This document shows positions 11,831 to 24,000 of a DNA stretch of 64,000 bases, in pieces. The position numbers were made by a program, and so were the translations under genes. The DNA is from Camelus ferus (taxonomy: Eukaryota). The DNA is taken from the NCBI RefSeq assembly GCF_009834535.1, contig NC_045712.1, positions 23,932,001 to 23,996,000 of the forward strand, given 5' to 3'. Under the pieces are notes generated by a model, which saw only the letters and a list, made by a program, of their open reading frames with translations, did not search any database and had not been told where the DNA came from. The first letter of the stretch is position 1. Every line of letters starts with the position of its first letter.

Positions 11831-14800
11831 GAGATAATCCTGTGAGAAACAAGCTGCCTTCTGCTGAGGGCCACAGATACCCTCTCTGTGTGCGGTTAAC
11901 AGGTCATCATAGCGGAGTTATTCCTGCAGGTGCAGGACACCTCTGCCACCTGCAGCTGTGTGACTTTGGGCACATTGCTAACTAGCCCTGCAAAGCCCCA
12001 CATTCCTCATTGGGAAAATAAGGACTGTCAGACAGGTACCCCAGAGGTTTAGATGGGCAGTGCAGGGCCGGGCGTGGTAATGAGAACACCCCATTTAGTG
12101 TGGCTTTGCTCTCTACAGACCCTGTAGCAAGCATTCTGTATGCTCAATCTCACTGGATCTTCACAAAAAGCCCAAGAGATAGGCGTCATTTTCCCCATCT
12201 TACAGAAGAAGAAACTGAGGCTCAGAAAGGCTGAGACACAACCTGTTCTCAGGAAGGAGTGATGGGAGTGGGGGATGTGAGCAGATGCTGTCTTGAGGGG
12301 GCAGCCTGTTGCAGCTACAGGCTAGGGGCAGGAATGAGGGGGTTAAAGGGCATGGGGTCTGTCCAGGCTAGAGGAACAGGAAGGAGGCAGATCAAGCGGG
12401 GCAGGTGCTGGACCAGCTTGTTGAGATCCCAGAGTGGGACTGGTCCAGATAACCTCCCACCCTGCTAGGAAGGGAGACAGAACAGGAACTGAGGTCCCTG
12501 GTCTGTTCTGAGCAGATGCCTCTCCTAAGCCCCCAAATCCTGCTGTCAGGGCTCCCAGGAGACCCTGATCCTCACTACTCACTAGCCTGGTAGGCACAAG
12601 ACAGGCGCTAACACAGCTCAGGAAGAAGCAGGCAGACTCCAGGAGGCCAGGGATGGAGACTTCTTCAGCGCTAGGCTGTCCCTGGGACATCATTGTCGCC
12701 CTTGCCTCCCTGCCGAGTCTCTGCCTAGGAGGACCAACAACTTCTCTCCAGCCTGCACATCGGAGCTGGCCAGGCTCCCAGAGAAGTCTCAGAGTATGAA
12801 TGAATTCCTTGCCCCACCCCGCAGCAAGCAGAGAAACAGCCAATACTGGGGCCCTCCTCCTGGCTGGCCTCCATGATTAACCCAGCAGCTTCCACCTACA
12901 GAACAAGTTCAGAGGCAGCCCCGTGCTTATCTCCTGAGGATTGGAGGTCTGTCTGTATCTTCCCTTGGCTTGCCATGAGGTGACCCAATCAGTGTCCTAG
13001 GATAAAAAGCTTTCCACACCTCAGGTGCCAATGCCTCTAGCCAAATCCAAGGAAGGGCCCCTCCAGGGTACGGGGCTTATAGGGGAATGTGGTGGTGGGG
13101 CTGACACGGCTGTGCATGTCTGTCCCCTCCCCTCCCCAACAGCCCCTGGCGGCTCCTTTCTGCATGACTGCCACGTTCACTGGCTCCTTCCCCATGTCCA
13201 GGGCCCCTTCCCTGCACAACTCAGACACCCCTCCCTGCCCAGCATGGCCCAGGCTGAAGAGTACCCAGAACCCCTGAAGATGGTCACGAGTAAAAAGGCT
13301 CTCAAAAGCCACCCAGGCTCCCATGCCTGCCTGATGAATTCAAGGCTCCCAGGGTGCCCCCTCCTACATTTCATGTAGCAAATACTTCCCAGAAAAGCCT
13401 CTGGCTAGTTCTGGGTCAAATCCACTGCCCTGGACACCAGGACAGAGAAAGGAGATCCAGGGTTCATCCCCACAACCAGGCCTGGTCCCTGCCACACCCT
13501 GAACACACCAACCCTTCATGATCCCAATGGCAAGGGTTGCAGGGTTCCAAGAGTGCCCCCGGTGGGGCCGTGATGAGTCCATCTTCCAGCCCAGGAGAGG
13601 GGTCTCCTTGTTCCCTCTGCCTCCTCCTCCTCCTTCCTGTCTCTGTAGCCCAAGGCCTGGGTTCTTCTCTCGGCTCCTAAGGTGGGCACCATCTCTTCAG
13701 ATGGGACCACCCTGAGGACCCAGCAGGTGGTGGCTAGACGTGGCCCAGGCAGGGAGATAGCAAGACCAGTGTGCACAGCCCCGAGAGAAGGCCTGACCAC
13801 CTCCAGGGGCTCATAAAGGGGAAATGTCATGATTTATGCTCATGTGTTTGTTCGTTTTTGACTTCTTAATTTCTTCAAATATTTATTGAGCCAAGGTAGG
13901 GAGGTGAGGTCAGCCTAGGGGTTTCTAACAGTTTGGGGGTGTCAGCTTTTAGCTCGCAGAGGGATCCCAGAGGTGGCCTCTGCCGGGCACCCAAAACCCC
14001 TCTGGGTAGACAGTGCTCTGAGAGCCCTGTGTTCAGACCCTAATTGAGCCACTTCCCAGCGGTTCAGCACTGGGCTGGTGCCCTCAGCGCTCTGGGCATT
14101 GCCTTTCTCAGGAAAATGAGGCCAAGGCAATGCCTGGTCCCCAGGGTAGAAAGGACAGGACACAGGCCATGCAGACAGGCACCTGAACAGAGTAAGTGCC
14201 CAGTGATGCAGCGCCATGTCGGTTTCCCTTCCCACCCTGTGCAGGAGGCTGAAGGCAGGGTCAGGACCCCGAGCTTGCTCCCTCTGACAAGAGCAGCCCA
14301 AAGCCCATTCCCTGGGCCTCAGTTTCCCCATCTGTGAATGGGTGAGGCAGACTCATGGGGCCTGGCCATGGCACCAAATATGAAGAGGAAACACACTCCA
14401 CGCTCAACAGAAGCCCAGCTCGTCATCCCGGAGGGCATCAGGTTTTTCCACAAATAAGACAGCCAGATGTCCTGGCCAGCAGGCATAGGGGCGGGGCCTG
14501 GGCGGCCAAGGCAGGGGGACATGGGGCCTTCTGTGCCCTCCAAATGACCCTAAGTTATCTCCTCCAGACAGCTCCTTCCGCCAACTCTGTCCTCTGGCTA
14601 CTGCTTATCTCCCTGATAAATGGCCCCACTGTCCTGACAGAGGAAGAGCTGTCTGTGTCCTTCAGAGCCCTCCCTGCTCTGGCAGGGCATAGCTGGGTGA
14701 GGACTCGGGCCTCAGCACGTCAGCACGGTGGCTGAAGATCCCAGGCCACTGACCCAAGATTCTGGCCAGGTGGGATGGGGACCCCAGCCCCAGGGAGGCT

Positions 14801-14979
14801 GGCTGGCTATCTCACTGCTGGTTGTCTTCCTGGTTAAGGCCCTTGGGGACTCTGGTCTAAAGCAGGAGAAAGGTCATGTCTTGGGGAGTTGGGGGGAAAG
14901 CCAGGCCCTCTTCTCACAAGGAGCTCATTATTTTCTCCCAGAACCTCCCAGGCCCTACTCGCACCCTCCCCACCTGACA

Positions 14980-14982
<3 letters not shown>

Positions 14983-15022
<40 letters not shown>
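14983..15022. repeat. (AC)20 microsatellite
   Basis: Uninterrupted AC dinucleotide run. Confidence 0.97.
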
Positions 15023-15025
<3 letters not shown>

Positions 15026-18000
15026 CACCGTAGGATACCCCAACCACAATCTGGCAGCAGGGAGGGGCTTGCTTTGAGCCATGATTTGTACATGACCCTA
15101 AAGTGACCCTTGGCAGATGCTGGCCACGTACAGGCCATGCAGTGACATCCCGTGGAAGGGGCGGGTGCCAGCAGGAAAGGCGGCGAGCCTGTCTCCATGA
15201 GGTCCTTTTGCCCATCCTACCTCCACAGCTGTTGGAACACTGGCCCCAGGGAACAGGGGGACTGGCCCAGGCATCCAGCAGAACGCCTGGAGTCTCTGGG
15301 GCTATGCAGACAGGGTCAGCCTGTGCCTCTTTGCAGACAGAGCTGCGCTCAGAGACCACACATCCCATAGGAGGAGACGTCTTCTCTTCCCTTTGGTCCA
15401 GGGCCGAGGGTCGGGTCTGCTGACCCCGCTTTTCCTTCTGGCTTCAGCCTGGCAAAGGCAGGTCCTCTGTCCACAGCCTGAATCTTGGACTGTGCCAACC
15501 CCTGGCACGTAGTTGGCTCTGAAGAAATGTCTGTTGATGAATGAATCTTGGCTCCACATGAATCTTTGATACTCTAGGTTCTTACATCCAAATATGATGT
15601 TTCATTGAAAAACATTCTGCACTTACTCGGGGCTGAGGTGGCTCTCAACACACAGCCAGTGTCACTGCTGTTGCTGTTCACTTCAGAGCTGCCCTGAACC
15701 AGCCACTGCCAGTGACTTGGGGGGCAGGCCTGGGGGTGGTTACATTTTAGGGGCCAATAAAACCATCTTTCCAACATTCTCAGCATATGGGTATGAATAG
15801 GCATTTAAATCCTCCTAGCTGTTTGTGCCTGAACTTAAATCTCCATTGATAGAAACAATAGCTGTGGCTTTTACATTAATTTACTCCTCATTCGACATAC
15901 ACTGATGATGCGCATGCCCTGGGCTCATCAGGAGTGAGAAGACGTGGTCCAGCAGGGACCATGAGAAACCCGCCTGTGTTGCGAGCTAAGGGTGACGTGA
16001 AATGTGTAAGCACACCATGAAAGGCCCGATTCCAGGTTCCGTGAGTGCTCTGAGGGGCAGTGAGGGCGCTACAGAGACGGGTACCAGGGGGCTGTCACGA
16101 TCTGCAGGCTGGGAAAGCTGCCCAGGGAGAGGACTGGGGAGCTGACTGTGAAGAGTGAGTGGGAGTCAGCAAGGGAAAAGGAAAGGGACACTTTCCAGAC
16201 ACAGAGAAGAACCTGGGCAAAGGCCAGAGGGCCAGAGAGACCGCAAAAGCCTGACTGTTGGTTGCAGTTGAGTGGAGGAGGGAGTCCAGTTCCAGGGAGA
16301 GGCTGGACCAGAGCACACAGGGCCTATGGGGGCAAGCAATGGGGAGCCATGGCAGGTCAAGCAGAAGGAGCAGGAGGCCAGAGGCAACTTCGAGAGATCC
16401 CTCTCCAGCTGTGGTGTGGAAGAGGGTTATGGAGAATTTCACTCCCCAAAGTCTGGAGCTGATTTTGCCAGTAGAGACAGGGATGCAGTTTTTCATTGTT
16501 CTCTGTCATCTCCTCCATGCTTGTCCAGACTGCAGGCTCTCAGGGACAAGGGAGAGTCTGTATCTCATTCATTTCTGAGGGCCCAGAAGCCATCACAGGC
16601 CAGACATACAGCAGGGGTCAAACAGAAGCCTGCTGAGTGAGGGATCCCACTGACCTGGTGCCCCACCTGTCTGCCCATAGATGCCCGGGGAACTGTCCGT
16701 CAGACCCTGCCTCTACCCACTGGCTCACATCCTCAGCTGAGCTGGGCCGGGCCCTGCAGGACGTGCTGGACAGCAGGCCGGGCATCCAGGAAGCCGACTC
16801 CGTGCCTTTCCTCATGCTCCCACACTGGCTGCCAGCCGGGGAAGTTCTGGTCCGGAAGCCCTCCCAGCCATCAGGCTCAGAATTGCAGGCACCATCTACT
16901 GGGGCCAGATCAGATCCAGAGCCATGCAGCCTGCAGAAGCCCAGGGCCCTGCTCATGGAGTCCACCTTGGCCTCAAACTTACCTCAGGCAGTGGAGGCAA
17001 GACAAGAAGTCAAAGGTAGGGTAGAGATTAGGATGCAGAGAAACTTGGGTGGGACTGGAGGAGAGCAGTGCCTCCTACTCAGGAGGAACTGCTCACCAGC
17101 TACAGCTAGGCCAATTCACCACAGGCAGCCAGGGAATCAGTGAGCTCTCTGTCCCAGGAGGTGTGTAAGCAAGACCAGAAGCTGGCGGAACTTCCAGATC
17201 CCCTCCTTCACTCTGTAAGAATCCCCTACCCAGCATCCTCTCTCTACTGACCCCTAAAAGCCACCCCTCCTACTCCTGGGGGACGATCACGGCTCCTGTG
17301 TGGTCTCATCGCCCCTCCCTCCCCATCTCACTTGCCTCTTCCATGACATAAGAGTGGATGAGCTCAGGAGGTGTTTCTCTTTCATTCTCCGCCCTCCAAG
17401 CACCACACAAGAATTGTATTTATTCTCAATATCCATAAACATTTTCTTCTAAAACAAAAACATGTAAAGTCCCAAACCAATTAGAGAGAACATAAGAAGT
17501 CACCTTAATTTCAGGACACAAAGAAATACCATCAGGCTACTTGTGGTAAACTGGATTGCTTCTCCAAAGGCCTGAGGCTGTCTGGAAGGGGTCTGAGGGA
17601 GGCCAGAGTGGGAGGTCCCAGGACCCCATCCTCTGCCCCTGTGCCCCTTAATACCTACCAGGAGCCCTCAGGTTGGGGCCCGGGGTCCAGTTTTGCCCCT
17701 GCAGACACACACCCATCCTCCTCTAGTCCCCAGATAACCGGCTTCCTCTTCTCTTGTACTTCTGATGAAATCCACCCCCACCCCCAGCATGGCTGACAGG
17801 GCCCTGGATCTGAACAAACCAGGGCCTCCACCCACTTCTTCATGCCCACTTCCTCACTCTCTGCTCCTGGCCTTTGCACTTAATGTTCCTTCCTCCCTGA
17901 ACTCTTTTCCCCTCTCTTATCTTGGCTAAGGGTACATGCATCCTTTGGAACTCAGCTTGTATACCCCCTCCTCCAGGAAGCTCTCCTTGACCTAATCAGA

Positions 18001-21000
18001 GGTTTTCACAGCCACTTGTACACCCCCTGTCACAAGCCTGCTCATTCTGACACATACTTTCCTTCTCACATGTCTGTTACTTCCATTGCCACTCAGTGTC
18101 TCAGGGCCCAGCACAATGCCTGGCACAGAAAATGTGCCTAGAAAGTGTTTGATGAATGAATTAATGTCCCCCTTAATGCTCTCAGAACCCTAAGCTGGCG
18201 CTGACTAGATGTTCTAGTTCCAAGCCCATTGTAAAAGCCCAAAAGGGCACAGCCTTGCCCTGAGTCTAGATACAGGTCTGGGGCCTGGGACTTGGGGATC
18301 CCTGCAACCTGGGGTGGGAGGGTGTGTGTTCCCAGAATTCTTTCCTAACGCGGTCCTGTTATTTAGATAGACCAGCTGAGAGCCCTCCATGAGCAGGAAG
18401 CAGGAAGGAGAGCTGGGCCTCTGTTCTCCCACCCAGTCCCCAATTTGGAGGGCGTGCAGCCTGTAATTTGGAAGGCTAATTTGGTCTGGGGTTAGAAGGG
18501 AGCTCTCTGTGTACTGAGCGATGCTATCCCCTCCCAGAGGAGGAAGTGTCCTCTCCCTGGGGAGCTGGGGCCTCTGCTCTCAGGCACAGGCTACACTGCT
18601 CCAGCGTCTCCCTGAGGCCCAGGCTAATATCCCTAGAACACAGAGTAGCCAGCCCTCAGCCAGAGGAAAGGAAGAAAGAGAAACCTGGGGTCTAGTCCCT
18701 TGGGCCACTGACTGCCCAGACAGGGGTTACCTCGGTCAGTGTGTCTCAGACATCAAAAAAAACCAGTGGAGGGTCCCCAAGGACCAGGGTCCCAGAGTAC
18801 CCCAGCCAACTGCTCAGGAGAAACACGGGGGAAATGGGAACCTGGCCCAGAAGCCGCATTCCCCAGAAACTCCCCCACTCCTGCTGCTCCCTGAGCCCAG
18901 CCACAGAGTCCCTTAACATTGCTCTGGCATGATGGGCTATCACGTCATTTCCATCCTTTGAACACCTTTCACCTCCTCCTCTGTGAAGCCCTCTGTGACC
19001 ACCAGGCTGGATCAAGAGCCACTTTCAGGCTCCCACCATGCTGGACTTTTCATTTCATGGCACTGGGTGTTCTGCCCTACAGGTGCCTGGTCATGGTCAT
19101 CTTGGTGGCCCAGATCCCTGCCCAGGGTCTAGCTGGGCAGAGCTAGTATGACAGGACAGGCAGAGAGGCTGCTCTACTCCCAGCTGTGTGGCCTTGGCCC
19201 AGAAGCGGCACTTCTCTGGGCCTCAGTTTGCTTATCTGTGGACCAGGCAGATGGAAGCATTCCAGTGTTTGATGAACATGTAAATGAATGAATGAGAGGC
19301 TGGTCTAGAAGTTTTGTAAACCCTGACAACTCAAACCTTCTAGAGTTTCTTCTCCTCATTCAAGCTGCATGGCTCTCTGCCCAGGTACATGTCGGCAGGG
19401 ACTGGCATTGGCCTTGGGATGAGGTAGGCAGAAGCCCCAGGGACGGTCAGGGCTGGCAGGAGTGGCAGCGGAGCTGAGACACTGGGACCTTGATAGGGTG
19501 ATGGGTGACCAAGTCTTGGTGGGAGGGCAGAAAGACTTCAGGGTGCCAGGTACAGTCTCCCTCGCTGAACATGCCTGGTGTTCCAGGACCCCAGCCTGCT
19601 TGGGGGCTGCACCCCATCCTCAACTCACCCACATCCCAGCAGCTTCTCCCTAAACTTCTTCTCGGCTCTGCCGTCTGTCACCGGGGCTGGTGATTCACAC
19701 GCTCCACTCTTCTTTCCTCTTCCTGACTAATTATAGCTCCTGCGTGTTTCTCCCCCTGGAAAAAATGTCTTCTTAAAAAAACATATTCCCAAGCCAGCAG
19801 TAATTAATTTGGTGAGCACCAGTGTGCAATTCAGACAGACTCTGAGGACGGGAAGGTCCCAGGTGTGGGGAGATGTCTTCTGTCCAACAGAGGAAGGGAG
19901 GGGCGTGGGACCTTGGGGTGGACATGGGGCACTTCAAGCAGCAGAGGCTCAGTCCATCCCCCACTCCACCCACCTTGGCTCTGGGGACCCTGGGGAATGA
20001 CAGTTACAGGAACAGTCATGGGGGCTCTATTGAGCACTACTAAGTGCTGGGCACAGTGCCAAGTGCATGGACATTTCATCCTCTGACACCTGCTGAAGTA
20101 GCCCTATGGGCCCCACTCTGGAAAAGAGGAAATTAAAGTTCAGAACTTGCGCAGGAACCCAGAGCCCTCAGTGGTGGGGAGAAACGTGCAGCCTGTGGTG
20201 CCGGGAGCTGTGGCCTGAACAGAGGGAGGCCCTGGACCACTAGGCCTCCAAGGGAAAGGCCAGCCCATGGCCCTCTGGCTTGTCTCTCTCTCTCACCCAC
20301 CTTCGAGGAATCACAGCAGTTCCCCTGGAGCTGGGCCAGAGTTGAGACCACAAGTGTTGTCTGAGCTCTTCATGGGGCCCAGTGAGCAGACGTCAGAGCA
20401 GATGTCTGAGCTGGTGCCCCGGCCAGGTGGGGAGAGGAGACACTGCCGGGATCAGGTCCTAGAGCAACAGTGACAGAAAGGCTGAGATGTCTGAGACTGG
20501 GTGAGGGAGCCAGACAGAGATGGAGAGGGGGCAGACATGGAGACTGAAACAGAAAGATAGGGTCAGGTCTGAGTCAGAGGCCAGAGAACAAAGATAAACC
20601 CAGAAAGAAAAGACAGAGGTGCAGGGCATGGGGACTGAGCCCCAGACTGGGCAGGCGGGACAGCAGAGATGGGAGGGGACCCCAGACCTGGTGTGGCCCA
20701 GGGGCTGGTTTGGAAAGTCTAGGAAAGCCAGGAAAGAGGGCACATTGAAAGGAAAGTGGGAGAAGAGAGATGGCAGCCCAAAGCCCTACAAGGTTAGGCT
20801 CTGCCGGCTGGGCCCTCAAGGAGATAGGGCGGCCATGGGCCCTTCAGGCCTGTTATGGGGGTTGGGAGCCTGGTGCCTCCTGATCTCTAGCAATCCAGGA
20901 AGACTGCTGCGGGAGGTGGCTCCAGGGGAGTTGAGCATGTGGGCATGAGGAGAGCTGAGGGGGCATGGGTCAGGTGGGCAGGGGGGCCCATCCCAGAAGG

Positions 21001-24000
21001 GCTCCTCTGGAACCGGCTGAGGTTAGCCTGCCCACCCCCTCCACCAGCACAGAGGCAGAGACCCTCCCCAGGGACTGAGGAAAATCCAGGCAGGACTAGG
21101 CCTCTCCTTTTCTCCATAGAGAAGTGAAACCCTGGGGCTGTTGGTGTGGTCAGCCTGAGGCTGGAGGCCTCCTGTCTTGTCCTGCAGAGCCACCCGCCTC
21201 CCAGCTGAGGGGGAACTGGTGGGAGACAGGTTCAGAGCTTCCCCTCCCCAAGCCCAGGGTATGGGTAGCCTTCCCTGTGGTCAAGATGGGACAACCCTCA
21301 CACCCTATGCCCCACCAGCCATTAGGAACATACCCCCTCTACCAGCCCTCAAGGCTAGGGGTCTGTCCCCATCTTCAGATTTCTCAGCCAGGCCAGGTCT
21401 CTCAGCTTAGGAAAGACTGTTCTTCTTACCCCAGATCTTCAAGACAAGACCTGTCTCTCCCCTCAGACCTTCCAGGCCAAGGTAGGACCCCTCCCCCAGG
21501 CTCCTCGCCTGCTCTGCCTTGGCAGCCTGGGAGGTGTCGACAGCCTTGCTAACCACAGGCAGACTGCCCCTAGCTCCAGCCATCACCTCCCCCAACTCCT
21601 CTGGACACCTGACACGGCCACTGCCCGCCCTGGGTCAGGGCCCAATGCCCAGGACCCGTGAGCCAGGCAGCTGTCGGGATTTCCGGCTCCCGGGGCCTCT
21701 GGGGCTGACACCTCTCAGCCACATTCTCATCTGGACTCTGCCAGCCAAGTCTGGGCTCTTCTGGGGTCCGTGTCTGGATCCTGGAGCATCTGTCATGGGA
21801 AGGGAGGGTGACACAGCCGGGAGCAGGTGGCCTTGGGTGGCCCTGAGCCCAGAAGCCCAGCAGCCCAGCACAGCCTCCTAGGATGTGCCCTTGAGCCCCA
21901 GGAAGGAGGGGAAAGTGGCTGCTGATCCCCGGGAGGGGGCTGACCAGTGCAGGAGAAAGGTGCCCCTGCAGGCCCCCCGTTCTTGGTCCAGCCACCCTGC
22001 TGGGCCTAGGACAATATGGTGATCAGGATATTTTGATGAAAACACTTGTTTCATGGGTTCCCCAAACAAACCAAGAAACCTCCCTTTGTAATGATGTAAC
22101 AGGAAGCAACACAAAGTAGGGGTTGGAGTCTAACAAACTGGGTCCATCCAGCTCAGGCTCTGGGAAGATGACCAAGCCTCAGTTTCTTCAGCTATAAAAT
22201 GGTGCTGCCCGTAACTTCCCCCTCAGAGAGTGCTGTGAATGATCAAGATTTCACACATGAAGCTGAAATGTGGATGGCTCTGTTTCAGGTGGCTGGCTCA
22301 GATCCCACCAGAGGCTCCAGGCCTCCCTGCACCACCCCCAAGCCCCCTTTCCCTTCTAGGATCCTCCTGGCAGGAGGAGACAGGCAGCCCTCGGCCCCCA
22401 GTCTCATGGCAGCCTGGGCAGGCCAAGCTGAGGTCTGAGGGGAAGGGGAACGCCTGGGTGAAGGCAAGGAGCCAGGAGAGCTAGGTGGTGGGCCCCTCCT
22501 GGGTGGGACCACTGGCAAGACCTCTGCCCTTGCCCTCAGTCTCTGAGCAGTGGGGACTGGACTGCTGGGTGCCTTCTTGACCCAGCCTGGAATCCTCAGG
22601 CCACCCCCAGGGCTCAGTCACCCTCTGTCTCCCCACCCTGGCTCCGGCCCCCTTGCAGGCCAGCCTGGCCTTTGGCCCCAGCTCCTCTGACAAGAAGAGA
22701 GGGAGAACACCAGGGCCCATCCCCATCTCAGACCGTTTTTAGCCCCCAAGGAACTCGGCGTCCTCCCAGCGAGGGTGCGTGGGTCGTAGCTGGGTATTAA
22801 TAGCTCAGCTGGAGGAGGTGACCGGGACTTTCACAGCCAAACCCTAGAGGCCTCACATCCTGGGCGGACAGGGCAGCCCTCTTGTCATCCACATGTCCTC
22901 CACTCGCTCCCCCTATTCCTGTCCCCTCAGGTACTCTCAATGGCCTCTAGCCCCCACCCACTCATACATACCTGGTTCCCTCCTTGGTTGAACCTCCCTG
23001 TCCTCTCCTATGGTGTGGGAGAGACCTCTGGGGTCAGAGCTCCAGCAGTGGGGGAACGGCTGAGGCTGGTCCTTGACCAGGCTCCGTGGGAGATGAGAAC
23101 AGAGAGGCCTGTGATAAGGCTTCCTCCTTGGCACCCATCTCCTCTGCCCGCTGGCCTCTCATTCCTGCTTGCCTACTCCACCCCAGCTCCCTCACTGGCT
23201 GCCATGTGGGCTGGTCCCCAAATATCTGTCCGTGCTGGGCCTAGAACGGAGAAGAGGCGGGAAAACTCAGCTGGCAGAGTGGAGGCCTGGAAAAGGTGCC
23301 TGGGATGGTGCTGCCTGCACACGGCTCAGGTGGGGCAGCTGAGGCCTGAGGGGCTGCAGAGCCACCTCTCAGGGGTAGCCTGGGGAGTGATGGGGACCTG
23401 GGTAATGACTGGACACCTAGGGCCTCAGCACAGTTCTTCCCCTGAAGCACCCTCCCATGCCACAAGGCATCTCACGTACCTGCCCCATCCGCTCATCCTC
23501 TCTCTGTTAGCCCACCTACCCCCATCCCAGGGCTCACACTCTCGTAGGGCATGATCAACATGGAGGTGGGTGCCACGATCATCCATGTTTTAGAGATGAG
23601 CAACTGAGAATCCCATCTGAAGGGCAGGAAGCTGGGGCTGGAGACCCCTAGCCCTGCTCTCATGGTTTTGGATAGAAGATCTACGCCCAGTCCTTTTCAG
23701 TCATGGTCAATCCCTGGAAGCTCTCATCTTATTTATCGTAGGTCCTCCGTCACTGGTCCTGCCCCAGGTCATTTCCAGGATACAGGAAGGCTTCTGAGTC
23801 TTTGGGGACTTCCTCCTCTGTCAGCTGAGGGCTGATCCTGACCTCGACCTCTGGCCCTACCTCAGCCTGAGTCCTGCCCCTGACCTCAGAATGAGCTTAG
23901 CTCTCCATCCTCATCAAATGCTGAACGATGGCCCCTGCCCTCTGACCCCTGACTCCATGCCAAGTCTGGACCACTGATCGCTGGACAAGACTGAAGCCCA

